Below, piece by piece: positions 17,501 through 31,213 of a DNA stretch of 64,000 nucleotides. Every line of letters begins with the position of its first letter. Within the stretch, counting starts at the first letter, position 1. A model generated the notes under the pieces. That model saw nothing but the letters and a program-made list of their open reading frames with translations. It was not told where the DNA came from and ran no database searches. Source of the DNA: Trichinella spiralis (lineage: Eukaryota). The position numbers were made by a program, and so were the translations under genes. The DNA is taken from positions 4,367,228-4,431,227 of the forward strand of contig NW_003526943.1 of NCBI RefSeq assembly GCF_000181795.1, written 5' to 3'.

Positions 17501-20500
17501 AATAGCAGTCGATCATTTGAAAAAGCAACTAATATGCAATGATCAATTTTCTCCAGGTTGAAAAATCAATTTAAATAAAAGCATGCATGTTGTAAATCTC
17601 ATTGACTTACGTCAAATGCGCAAAAACAACAACTATATTTCAGTAATTTGTATAAATGATGTAAGAGAATAAAAAATAAAGCAGGCAAACAAAATCATTC
17701 AATATTATACTTATGCACAATTCAGTCTGAAAAATAAAAAAGCAAATTTTCATTTCGAAATTCAAACATTGTATTGAAACCTTTTAATATGTCTTTCCAT
17801 AGGGCATAATTTTGAATATAATACAAAGTACTACCATTTATAAAACCTTTTATATTTTGATGAATTAAAAAATTATTTATTTGTTTTTTTCGTTTTATTT
17901 TTATTAAAAATTTAATGAAAACTCTGTCTAAAACCGTTTAACAGTTTATAGTGCTTTGGAAAATAGTTTGCAGTCATAAATTCCATACTATATGTTATTT
18001 CTGATTCATTGTTTTAATTGAGCATTAAAATAATGTTCGAATGATATTTTATGTTACTTATTTCTAATTCACTAAAAGTCATGCTTATTATTAAATGCAA
18101 CTTTGCTGAGATAGTAAAAAAACTGTCATCCTAGTATTCAAATTTGTAATTTCTATTTTAAATCTTCGATTGAAAAATATATTATTTACTATTTTCTATT
18201 TTAGTAAGGCAAAACTTATGTAAAAAGTAGTAAAAAGTTCATAAAATTAGTATACATTTGATAAATGAATTTTTGAAGTCAAGACTGAAAGTGATTTCCT
18301 TTGAGATACAGTTTTGACTACAAACTCAGATAATTCATGTCTTGCAGTGCAACAATTTATTAAAAATTTATACTTTAATGTAATTGAGCATAAATACAGA
18401 GTAGATTTTATCGAGAATGCAAAATAGTTAAATTATCTTTAAAAATTACCTGTATAATTTCATATCTAGTAAAATATTTTTTCTTTTTGGAGAAGAAAAT
18501 TAATACGAATAAAGATAATATGCGATATAAGTTTAAGGGCAAATAATATATAGCATCTTCAAATGACAGCTTACTTTCTTATTTAATACACTTATTAAAA
18601 ATCTAGTTGATGTTACGTAACATGCATCTCACAATGTTCTACTCACATGCAGTGCATCATAGATACATATTATAAGCATGATTATCAATTAAAATAAATC
18701 TATCTCTCTGTTATAGGGGTAATTCACATCAGGAAAACTAACAACCAATTTATGCGTTAATTTTTTATGAAGCTATTAATATAATTTATTTTTTTCAATA
18801 TTAGCATGTAGATTACTTCATTAGCCCATAAAATTTAGCAGAGCAATAAATTTTGTAAGCTTACTTTGCAACTGCTCTTTCTATTCATATATATAAAATG
18901 CTTGTTTCACCCGTAGTCGAACAATTTGTTCAAAAGTATATGAACTCTTCGTTTTACACTTTTGAGTACTTTTGCAAATTTCAGGTATACATTTTTCTTA
19001 TTTGATTAATACAAATGTACTTCTAAGTTTTAAAATAACGACAAAATTATTTTTCAATACGTATAATAATAATTTTATAATAGCTTTATACTTTAAAGTT
19101 TAATTTTTTTAATACTAATGACTTGCACAAAGCATCGATACATTCAAATTATCCAATATAAGCTTATTTACATTTGAATTAATCATTTCCATCAAATTAC
19201 TTCATAAATAAATGTCTTTTATTTATTGAAGAAAAACCATTTTCTTTTATTTTTAAAGGAACCTACTGCAGCATCCAAAGTTAGAAATATATTTAAACAG
19301 CTAATATGCATGTTCAGCAATTCAATTAAATAATGAATTAGCAGAAATGTTTATTTGTGAATATACTCGAACAGGCATTTTTTGTTTGTTTTAAAAATGT
19401 TTCAATGATAATAAAAGCATACTTTGATGCAACAAACTCAAAGAATAGTATAATAAAATGAAAGTGACTTTTATAAAAGACCTCATGTTTAAATCGAAGT
19501 GATTTAATTCAACCAAGCGGACAAAGGATGTTATTTGATTGAAGCTTAACCAATAGTGTTGCTTGTGCAAAAATTCAAATGCAAAAATAAATTTAACATT
19601 CAATTTGCACATTTGAAAGATCTTCTTATTCGCAAACTGACTTTACCGAAAAGCGATATCTGCTGATGTATTATTTAAATTTGCAAAAGTTGCATTAAAT
19701 AAACTGAATTCAACGATTACATTAGTACATTTCAGAAAAGAACTTAAAAAAGGTAGATAAAGTCGTTGAGATTCTTTGATTTATTTAAAAATGGTATTGA
19801 TATTTTACGTAAGACTATGATATAGGAAAATTTTCAATGCTTTTTATCAAAGTTGATTTCCTAAAAAGAAGTAAATAAATTTGGTAACTTGTTCTATGGG
19901 TTAAAAAACTGTTATTTCTATTCAGGAAACTTACCGAAATGATGGAGAAGAATTTAAAAATTAGAAATCGCCTGAAGAAATGTAGAGATGGTTAGCAGAT
20001 GGAAAGTATTATAAAATGAAGACTCTTTATTTAAGAGACATTTATAAAATATTTTGCAACTGAAACATTCTTTGTAATGATTTTATTTATCATTGTTCTC
20101 AAGCACAAGTGATGATTGGTCTGTTCTTACAACACTAATGTTGGATAAAGATAAATGCTTTATACCTGCCAAAATCAATTTTCTTGCGTCAATGCAGTTC
20201 AAGAAGAATTTTACTTTAATGTTAGTAATTGAATTTGTAGTTTCAAATGCCGTGATTTACTGAAGGATGCTATCACGATTGCATATGCAAGCAGTATGTT
20301 AGTTGGCTGGGAATTTTTACACGAGAAAATGCCTTTTTTCTGTTTAAGCAAGTTAAACAGAACATCAAACTTTACCCCATAAATCAGATGTAGGAAAATG
20401 TATTAAAAGTATACATGCAGTATAGCGTATAATTACAAAATACCTTCATCACTTTAGCACACAAAAAAGTAGATTATTTAATGCATTTATTTATTTATTT

Positions 20501-21979
20501 TAATACGTAAGAACCAATGATTTTACCAGTTATGGTAGAAAGTCCAATAAATTTTATTATTATGTTCTAAAAAATAAAAACGGATTACTATTAAAAAAAC
20601 TTTTATTCAAAAAACTGAGGTAATTGGTATAATTAATAAGTAAGCTTATTGAAATGCATTACTATAAGATAAAAAACTGTCTATTTTGAGAATAGTTCAA
20701 TAAATCATTTTCAAAAACGAAAAGATTAAAAATGTATGCTAGAACTAGAATGAATAGAATTCATTCAAGTACCATAGAAAAAACAGTCAGTAATGCTAAG
20801 TTCAAGTTAATATGTGAATGTTATTTAATAAGATTTAAACTGAAAAAATAAACGCTTGTAGTTGCATAAAATTCAAATTTAGTTTAGAGAGTGTTCATTC
20901 ATCCTTTCCATTTAGTGATTTTTAATTACTAAATAATGACTATCGTAAAAGCGATTCTAAATTCTGTTTGACTAATAAAATAACTTTCACATTTGTTCAT
21001 TGATTTAAATGTTAATTTGTTAATTAAAAGAAAATTATTAATTATATTTGATTTATCAATCATTCTTTCAAAAATCCATTAAATGAGCAACTTTCTTATT
21101 AAGTATGACGTGTACGATTCTATTCTCTAATGTATTAACTTAATAATTTATATTTCAATAAAAATATAATAATTAATTTCTAACTTATCACAGTTTTTTG
21201 CCTTCAGACAACTGCTTATGCGATACATTTATGTGTTTGATATAATATCGTGTTTCAGTCCATGATATCTATTATTCTCTTTTTTTGTAAAATGAAAATT
21301 AGATGCAGTATAGTATTGTTGCAATTTATTTTTGTAATTACAAATCATACTGCTTCTAAAGTTGAATTCAGGAATATTTCTGCACAATGAGTTGCTCTGT
21401 TTTATTTCAAACTACTTGCTTTCATTTTCAGTTTCTCTTATTACAGTTTTCCCCAAATATATCTACAATTCCTCAAATCATCCTTTATTTTACGGGGTTT
21501 TATTCAGTGCATAATAAAAATGCTGTATTCACAAAAGATATTAATTTAATCAACACAAGTAAATTTCATATTTATCTCACATATTCATAATTTTTATGAC
21601 ACTTCATAAATTATTTGTAATTTTTGCACTTTGAAATTTTTGCGTTATCATACATCACATACAACGCAAAATGTGGATTAATATCTAAATAAGCATGGTG
21701 TTTATAAAAAAAGCTAAGGTTCAATACCCATAACTAGATATTATTTTTAGATGTTTTAAAAGATCATTTCAAGTATAGAATAAAATTACACATCTACATT
21801 ATTTCATTTAAAATAATTTACATTACTAAAGCATGCTGCTGACTCATAATAAATACCCATTTAATATTTCACTAAATTTTTTATTCAGTTAATAACTTCT
21901 TTAATAATCAACTTATTAGTTTTACTTTACTTAAATCTTAATTATTTCAGTTCACATTAAAAGTTCTTTGTTAATATAC

Positions 21980-22013
<34 letters not shown>

Positions 22014-24925
22014 TTAAAATAACTTCTGAAATCAAATGTTTTGTTTTCTATTTGCAACACAGAAACTACTAAATTACTTGAAAATACTTTTTTAAAAGAA
22101 TTCCACGTCTAACTGAACGCAAAAAGCATCCATCTGCTGGTTTTTTCCGCATTTGTATTAGTTGATAAACCTATCTAGCACAGTTTAAACTTTAAAGGTT
22201 ATTCTAGTGAAAATCAAGAACGGCTACAATATTTTACACTGTTCTATATACTTCAAACATCCAGTTCAAATGTAAATATTGGCTGTCTAAGCCAATGTTA
22301 TTCCTGTGGCGCTGACTGTTGAAATTCTTAGCGCTGAAAGAAATCAGACACAGTAATTATCATTGTAAGTCACTAGCCTAAACAAACTATGCCGAGATAG
22401 GAACAGAAGAGAAAATTACAATTATTATTTTATCAGATGAGTGCTAGAAAGCTACTAACATATGTAAATGTAGTGTAGTGTGATATAATCACGCTGTATA
22501 TGAAATTGAATTGCCGCAGGAAGAAAAGTACAGTTTATTACCTGAGCATCTGTAGTCACGGTGGTCACAGTCACAGATTTATAACAGAATAGAGTCTGAA
22601 ATTCTATTTTGAAACATACAACAAAAGGATATAATGATAATAATATATAAGGACAACAATAAAATCACTGTCACTTTTATTTTACTTCGTGAATTGTTTT
22701 TCGAGTATGTAGCACATTTTTTATTTAAATTTAGTATTTGGAAAAGAGTCCTTGAACATTAGTCCTATGAACATTAAGTCATTATTTTAAGCATAATATC
22801 ACAGAATTTTCACAAAAAATTTTAAAGTGTTATATAACTTTACTAATAATTATTTTTCACACTCTGCAGTCAGTTAAAGCAAAACAATTTTATTTGACAT
22901 CTTGAAAATCACTTACCTCTCTCAAACAAAATTTGTATAATTGAATAATAAATTTCCTAAATTTTGATAAAATTATTAATAAAATGTATTCCTATTTTAA
23001 TGTATTATTTAAAATTATAAAAATTTTAAAGATTAGTGCATTATATTTTTACTCAAATGTTAACGCTAAAATATTATAATAGGATACAATAATTTTAAAG
23101 AATGTTGAAAATAACAAAAAAAATATACTAATGCACGAAGTCAGTTGAAGAATTTAAGGCACTTAACTCTACCACTGAAATGAATTATGTAAGCAAAGGT
23201 TTATAATGTTTAAACTTGTTTTAAAAATCTGGTCGTTGACAGAGTTGCCATGGTGAAACGATGATTTTAACATGTTACAATGTACCTTTCTCTTCAAAAC
23301 TTTATGTTATGATGCATACTGATGTGTTTTGAAGCAATGTAAAGTGTTTTGAAAGTAAAACTGTTTCCACTCATGTTTTTTATTTCAGTTTTAGCACTAA
23401 TTTTTTTATTCATTATTTTCACTATATTTTCATTTAAAAAACAAATCATTTTATTAAAATTAAAACATTAAAATAGCATTTGATTAATAATACTTAGTCG
23501 TAAAAAGAAATGGATTTGTAATAACACAAGTGTTTATGCATTTTATCGTATATAGTAAACTGTACGTTTACAGTAATCAGTGAAACAACAGGAACTAGAA
23601 AAAATTACCCAAAAAATCATGAATTAGCACAAACAACATTATTTGATTTGTAAATTTAAAGCATGTGAAAGTAAAATTGAAAAAAAGATCTGCTCAAAAT
23701 AGTTTTTTGCATAAAAAGATATTCACCATTCATTCTTTGCGGATATTCTGCCAGAGCAAATAAGGGTAAATTTTCAAAAACTTCTGAAAACGTATTTTTA
23801 ATCATTTTAGCTCGTTTCAGTTGTTTACGCATTGAAGAAACAGTGACAGTGCGTGAATTTGTTTCACAAATTGGCATTGAACGAGTTTCAGCATTTTAAA
23901 TAATAAAAATGAAATGAAAAATGGCTTTTAAACAAAAGCGATGCAAAGCGACGGAAATTCAGTTTTTATTGCCATTTTGGTAAAAGTGATATAGCCAATA
24001 TCACAACCAGCTGTAGGTGTAGGTGTAGCTGTAGGTGGAAATTTGTCATTACCGGTGTAGTGTAAGATGGTGTGGGAGATTTTGTAATTTTGGATACATC
24101 GATGCTAACTAGAAAATAAACTATTTCCGGTAAATGTGGAAAAAAGAAAAGTGGCTGATTAAAAATAAAGAATACAAACAAGAGAAAAAGTGTTGAAGAC
24201 GTCTTTGCAAAGCAAAAGAGAGCGACAAAAGCATAGTTATGCGATCATGCAGGCCAGCTTATATTATGTAAGCTATAAAAATAGAAACTAGAGATTGCAG
24301 AATTCACAATTAGAACTAGTCTTGACATGCAACTGGAGAAAATGCTGCATCCTAGCAGACAAGCCAGCTGGCTCTACTTCTTTGAAACTGTTTGTCCATG
24401 CTCAAAGAGGACGACAATCCCGTTGCTTCTGATTTTCTTAACCTGATCGAGGGGTTTGTCCAGTTTCAGTGCAGCTGCCGCAAATGATAAAACGCGTTTT
24501 CAGAACTGCACCACTGCAGAGCTACGTGGCTCCATTTTCTACGTCTAGTGTTATTTAGAATCCTCAGACAGGTGTTTTATTTAAAAAGCTAATTGTGTCA
24601 TTTTTTTAGTATAAAATTGCTTTACTGTCATCATCAGTCACGTTGCTGCCAGCTTTTGCGAAACAGGCAATATTTGTTAGTCTGACGTTATATAGCCCTT
24701 CCAAAGCACTGCCAAACGACACTGCTCATTTCAACTTTTAAGCAATTTATTTTGGATATTAATTTATTAAAAAACAATTCACAAACATACATACATACAT
24801 ACATTCATTCATGTATGTATAGAAGTATACTTAACATTTCATATTTCTTCGATTGGCTTTACTGATTATAATCCGGCAGTAGCTGTTTTTTGCAAGCTTT
24901 TGTTAGAGTCTCTTGCCCATTAACA

Positions 24926-27900
24926 ATGGAACAAAAATTCTTAGCTGTCATCATATTTGCACTTAGCAGTTCTTTAAAAATTGGTAAGCAATTTTTATCT
25001 TGCTTTGATTTATCTGAATTCTGTACATTCTCCCCTCATTCAACAAATTTCACGCAGTAATTCATTTTTAGCTTTCATTTTTTGAATTTACCATTTGTGC
25101 TCAAACATAGATTATAAAAGGTAAAAATGTAAATAAGCAAGCTTATTTTTAAATCTTTAAGCAGCAAAAGGCGGTTTATAAATGTTAAATTCAGTTATTC
25201 TCATTTTTGATACTGTCATCTTAACTAATGACTAAACTGTTTAGTTACTTTTCAAAATTAATCAACATCACGGATTTGTCAAAAATTGTTCACTGTTATT
25301 TTTTATTTATTCCTGTGCCTTTTAAGCTTCGTTTATTTGGGCTTAAATTTAAATAACAATTTCAAAAATTTGCATGAAATGATGTGACTGTCCACACCAG
25401 TTTATGCTTGCTTGATTTCATTTATCCATAACTATTATGAAAATTTAATGCAGCAGTACTGATAATTCATTGCTAGATGCAAAGCTATTGAACAACATTA
25501 TATTATAGAACAATTTTTTTTAATATTAACAAGCTGAAGAACAGAAACGACCTTACTATTAATTATGCATGAAAGTTGTTGCACTTCAAATGCTATTTAT
25601 CTTCTATACAATATATTGAGAAAATAAAGTGCTTAAATAGTTCACATTTCACCAAAAGTAATAGGAGACATATTTATTTTTCACAAATGCAATTTTTTTT
25701 ATAAAACTTGTCACTTTTACTAAAAACAATTCCATATTTATGAAAAAATATTCATTATCATCATAATGTAAATGTGATTTTAGCTTATTTTAAAATATTT
25801 TTGCAGTAAAAGCATGATGAATCATAGACTCTTCCATGAATGCAATTTACTTATGCACCTGTTCTGCATATTTTAAAAGCACTTGAAAATCAACACTACT
25901 TAAGCAAAACTGAAGGTGGAAAGATAAATAATTTTTTAACAATGCATTTCATTTTACTTTTAAAATTTTCTCTCTCAGAGTTAAAAATGAATTCAGCTAA
26001 AATGTTGGCAAATATTAGTTGAACATTATTATAACCACAGAAGAAATAAGATAAACAAAAAACAAACTTATCTTTACAATCTTAGTCATATTTGTTAAAA
26101 AACGCTTTACGAGATATGCATCAGAGTTCATGTGGTATGTTACCAGCTTTAAGAACTTCGAGAATAAAAACTTGGAAGCATGCGTCCCAATACATTTTAC
26201 ATTGTATATTTGAATATCAATGAGCATCACAATTTTTATTTCAAATAAATTTAATTTTACATTACTTCTCAAACATGTACATCTATGTATTCATATTTCC
26301 TGTTATTTTTTGTCTATTTAGTTTTTAGTAAAAGTGAACTGAATCAACTGTGCGACCCCAGAGAATATGCAAAGCCAGTGCCTTCAGATAACAGCAAATT
26401 TCTGCAGTGTGTCAACGTCATGTACGCGTTTCAGAAATGCTGTTAATGTTTCATGTTGATCTTCATAAAATCTGAGTTATTTTAGAGCACATGTAGGGGA
26501 GTGGAAAGAAATGAAATGCCCAGATAATTTTGTATTCCAACCATCTAAACAAAAATGCAAGTCTGCTGATGCTGTCAGACGTCAACAGTCCATGTGCCAA
26601 ATAGAGCCGACTAGCAAAGCATGTCCTCAATTAACAACGTGCTCCAGTATGTAGTATTAATTTTTTGTTATTTGATGAATGTTTTATTTATTTTCAAGCC
26701 TCTAACAGCAACCCAGTTGTTGGAAGTAGCTGCCATTGGCCTAGTGCCAAACTAGCTCCTTCTCCTCATTCACAGACTAATTTTTTACAGTGCATTCCTA
26801 CTACATCAGAGTAAGAAATTATTAACATTTTTTCTAGCATAATAATCAATTTTTAGAAATCAATGTGGAACATGGTCTCAGATGTCATGCCCAGAAGGAA
26901 CCATGTTTCATGTAAACGTCTTAAGTGAACATTTTTACACAATATTATGCATAATTGTTTTAAGGCTGATCTTCAAATATGTGTGACGGCAAATTTGCCA
27001 AACACATGTCACCATCCACAACATGGGATGATTGCACATCCTGTATGTCCCTGTATGCATGGACATGCGTGCCCTGGAACATCTACGTGCAATTTAGGAA
27101 TCTGTTGCCAACTTTTGCTTGTAATAACGCCATCTGCACCACCTCCACTGCCTCCAATGCCCCCAGTACCTCCACAGCCGCAACTGCGTAAGTAAACAAT
27201 GCAGACACGCGGCATTTACTTTGAAATGACTTTGCCTTAGATTAAAGTGCTTATTTATTTGATTTAAATCGTCATGCTAGGTTTAATAGTGTTGAAATTA
27301 TTCCTCAATCAAGCCTAAACTTGCTTTGAGAAGGCAGTAGCAAATTTAAAATGTTTCTGTTAATGCATAAATAAATAATTTTTTAATTTTAAAAATTTGG
27401 ACAAACTGTAAAAGATTTTTATCAATAAACAACTTGCACATAAGACTTTTACAGCATGTCATTTTCGATATGAGCACGCTTGTTAGCAGCAGTGCATTAC
27501 AAATAAAATTCAATTGTCACTATATTTTATTTATCTCAATCTCAAGCTCAAAAGTGCTGCATTTAATATAAATCTTGTTTTTGTTTACAACATATACAGT
27601 ATTCTTAGTGCAGCACTTTGCTCTCTAACCATGTAAACTAGGGCGTGTTATGTTTTGATCCAGCCGCTAGAAAATGGTCATAGTTGTGTTGAGCATTTTG
27701 AACAAATGGTTTCCTTTAAACTGCTTTTAAATATTCCAGTTGCTTTTAAAAACGATGCGTGATCATTGTTAAAAGCAGTAATGGAGTTGCATTTCAGATG
27801 GCTTAGTGTTTTTGTCACGAGAGCTGTAATATAAACTTCAATATACAGATAATGTCAGAAATGCAGAAGAAGCATATCTAGAAATGTAATTTTATTTAGT

Positions 27901-30900
27901 GTCTGAATATATTTAAAAATAATTAATATTTTTACTTCTGGACATCTATAAAAAATAAACTTTAATAAATATCTTTTTATCTCTTACCTGCTTCATAGGA
28001 GTTTAAACTAAAATGTTTTAAAAAAACAACTAAAATATTGTTTTTCATTACCAAGTAGCACATATTTATTTACTTATGTCGCAATCAATTGAATATTAAA
28101 GTATGAAGTGAACTGTAGAGTGCAAATATAATTATTTTACTAAAACATGGTTGCAGTCATATTTGTTTTACTATGAAAAACTGAAAACATATTTAAAGTG
28201 TTTTATTTCTTATATTTATACTGAAATTAAGATAGGGTAATTTAAAGTTGAGGTTTGTGCAGAAACACTTGTTATTATGTTGACATATTTTTTTTCGTAA
28301 TGCACACTGTAATTTAAATATAAAAATAAACTTAAAAGTTTTAAATTACTGAATTTATGAATTATGGAGACTTATTTCCTTACTTTACATATTAGTATTA
28401 TTTGAATTTACTAATGTGGCGTTTTCAAAAGAAACTTTATGCATATATTATAATTATTAATCATCATAATACTTAACCAATTTACAATTATTTAGCAACT
28501 TGTCCGAGTGGACAATTAGCTGTGTCATTTTGCACTTCTGACGTTCAGTGCGATTGGGCTGCTGGCTTTGTTTGTATTATGGGTGGTTGCTGTCGTGAAA
28601 AGCTGCCTCGTTGTCCAAGTGGACAAGAAGCTGTTGCAGCATGCGTTGGCACTGGTCAAAGTACGTGTCCTCCGAATTACGAATGTCAAAACGGTGGCTG
28701 CTGCCCTGTACAACTGCCGCTTTGTCCAAATGGAATACAAGCTATACAAGTGTGCATTAGTGATCTTAACTGTCCTCCTGGATACGGATGTATCAATCGT
28801 GGTTGCTGCAAACAAATTATATGTCCGAGCGGGTTTCCTGCTTCCCAGTTTTGTCAAGGTAAGATAATAAATATTTAGAAGACATCTATCAATTACTTTA
28901 AGAAATAGCTGTTTGGTTAATTTTAGGAGTTATAAATATAAATGCAGTTGAGTAATTTAAGAAAATAAAATATTCATGTTCGATAACAACAACATTTATA
29001 ATAATAATTAACTTGTTATTGTAAAAACCATTTAATTCTATGTTTGTGCTCTTGAATATTTTTTAATAATTTTGTTCTTGTAATAAGCATTTGATTTTTT
29101 CATCTTGTAAACCAACAATTTAGGAAGTGGCCAAAGTACATGTCCGTTTGGTTCAGTGTGCTTGAATGGTGGTTGCTGCCCCCTTCCAACATGTCCCAAT
29201 AATCAAATATCTATCCAGATTTGCATGGACAGAGACAGTTGCCCACCAGGATTTATTTGCCATAACGGTGGATGCTGCCCACTTCCAACTTGCCCTGGAG
29301 GACAAGTTTGCACTGGCTTCTGCGCTGCCGGTGGTGGATGTCCTCCAGGATATGTATGCATACAAGGTGGTTGCTGTCCTCTTCCAATATGCAGTTCTGG
29401 TCAACCAGCCGTTTCATCCTGCTCACTGCAAACTGACTGCCCTAAAGGATTTTACTGCGAAAATGGAGGATGCTGCCCCGTTCCACTGCCTACATGCCCA
29501 GGAGGTCAGCAAGCAGTTTCTACATGTACAGGTCCAGGAACTTGCACTGCCGGATATTTCTGTTATGTGAACACAATGGGGCATCAGGGTTGCTGCCCAA
29601 TTCCCGTCTGCCCCACTGGAGAATTAGCATTACAACCTTGTGATCCTTCAACACCCTGCCCAGCTGGATATCAGTGTATCAATAGTGGTTGCTGCCGAAT
29701 TCCACTGCCTACCTGTCCTGATGGTCAGCGGGCAATCAGCTTTTGCACTTCAAACGAAGCTTGCCCTGTGGGTTACAAATGTTTAAATGGAGGATGCTGC
29801 AAAATTCCACTGCCTATATGTCCTAATGGTCAACCAGCAATTAGCCATTGTGGACCAGGAATGGTATGTCCACAAGGTTACTCATGTATAAGTGGTGGAT
29901 GTTGTCAAGCGCCACAACCAGTATGCCCAAGTGGTCAACCGGCAGTTTCATTTTGCATTGCTGGTGGTCAGTGTCCTTCAGGGTTTATCTGTATAAGTGG
30001 CGCCTGTTGTCCAGCACCTACTATAGCTTGTCCAAATGGTAAACAGCCAATACAGCAGTGTGGTGTAGGTGGTTATTGTCCACCTGGCTACTTTTGCATA
30101 TCAGGATACTGCTGTGAAAGACCTGTTGTTACACCTGCTCCTCCTCCTACTATCTGTCCAGTTACAATGATTCCAGTCTGCTTTTGTGCCATATTTAATC
30201 TAGTGTGTCCAGGAAGCTCAGTCTGCAATATGGGATACTGCTGCGCCAGCAGTACGTATAACTATACGGAATTATTAATAAAAAAACGATTTCTAAACTG
30301 AGTTATTTTAGGTGCATCATCAATTGCCAGCCAGCAAAGACCAGGATCATCTTGTCAACTTTCTTCTCAATGTTCAGGCTACCCACTGACTAGTCAGTGT
30401 AAGCAAGGAAGGTGCATTTGTTTGCCAGGAGCTAGATCCAACGGGGTTACTTGCTCTAATCTTGATATTCCGACGAATGTTGAACAGTTGTGTGATCAGT
30501 TTGGAACTCCGTGCAAAAAGTATTATCATTCCAAAACGCTTCGTCGGAAAGCAATGCCGCAAGAATTTGGAATTTCGAACACTACTCAACCTTTATGGTG
30601 GAAGTCTTTGAGTAACGACTGTGTAACAGATCAGGAGTGTACGCTTGATGAAACTTGCATTCGACAAAAATGTTATCCGTGTAAGTAAATTCTGTAACAT
30701 GCATTGGGCTTACATATGCAAATTATAATCCCTATTTTTGTTATATAGTAATTCGACCTGGTGAACATGGATGCCAATTAACTGAGCAATGCAATCGTAC
30801 AGTAACAGGTAGCTCCTGCGTGAAATCAACTTCAAGAAATAGCAAAGACAATTACTGTCGCTGTAAATCTGGATTGTATCGTTTTGAATTCAGCTGTGGT

Positions 30901-31213
30901 ATGTTCTGAATTTACTTTTAAATTTCTGATATTATTTTCTTAAACTTTGTTTAATTTTATTATTTTTCAGTATCTCGTTGTCCACCAGGTACTATTGCTG
31001 CGGGAGAAGCATGCATTGCTAAACAAGTAAAACAAATATCTCCAAATGATGGTGAGAGTCTCATATAAATAAAATATTTTGCTATTCATTTAAGAAATAC
31101 TTTTAGATTTAATCAAACGAATTACTCTCGTATTTTACCCAACAAACAATGACTCATCACAAACATCATCACCTGATGACAAACATGCAAAAGAAAAACA
31201 AGAATCAAAATGA
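24926..31213 (+). CDS. Secreted cysteine-rich matrix protein: signal peptide, two chitin-binding type-2-like modules, Pro-rich linker, ~13 tandem six-Cys (CPxG...C...CP.G..C..GGCC) worm-type repeats, EB-like modules
   Basis: Exon 1 24926-24983 MEQKFLAVIIFALSSSLKI; exons from 26322 (KFLQCVN...GEWKEMKCPDNFVFQPSKQKC; NFLQC...GTWSQMSCPEGTMFHADLQIC); repeat exons 28496-28858 and ~29124-30253; EB-like exons 30312-30898; last exon ends TGA at 31213. Confidence 0.85.

Noticed and set aside
21690..21735. GGTTCAATACCC resembling a tRNA T-loop
   Set aside because: No cloverleaf, D-arm or acceptor stem.
23656..24181. Minus-strand ORFs resembling a signal peptide plus KR-containing propeptide
   Set aside because: Could not join them with valid splice sites in frame, and the LHLHLQ stretch derives from a short tandem repeat.
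28496..30253. Regularly spaced repeats as a CRISPR-like or DNA-level array
   Set aside because: Repeats are protein-level Cys modules with synonymous divergence, in a eukaryotic exon.
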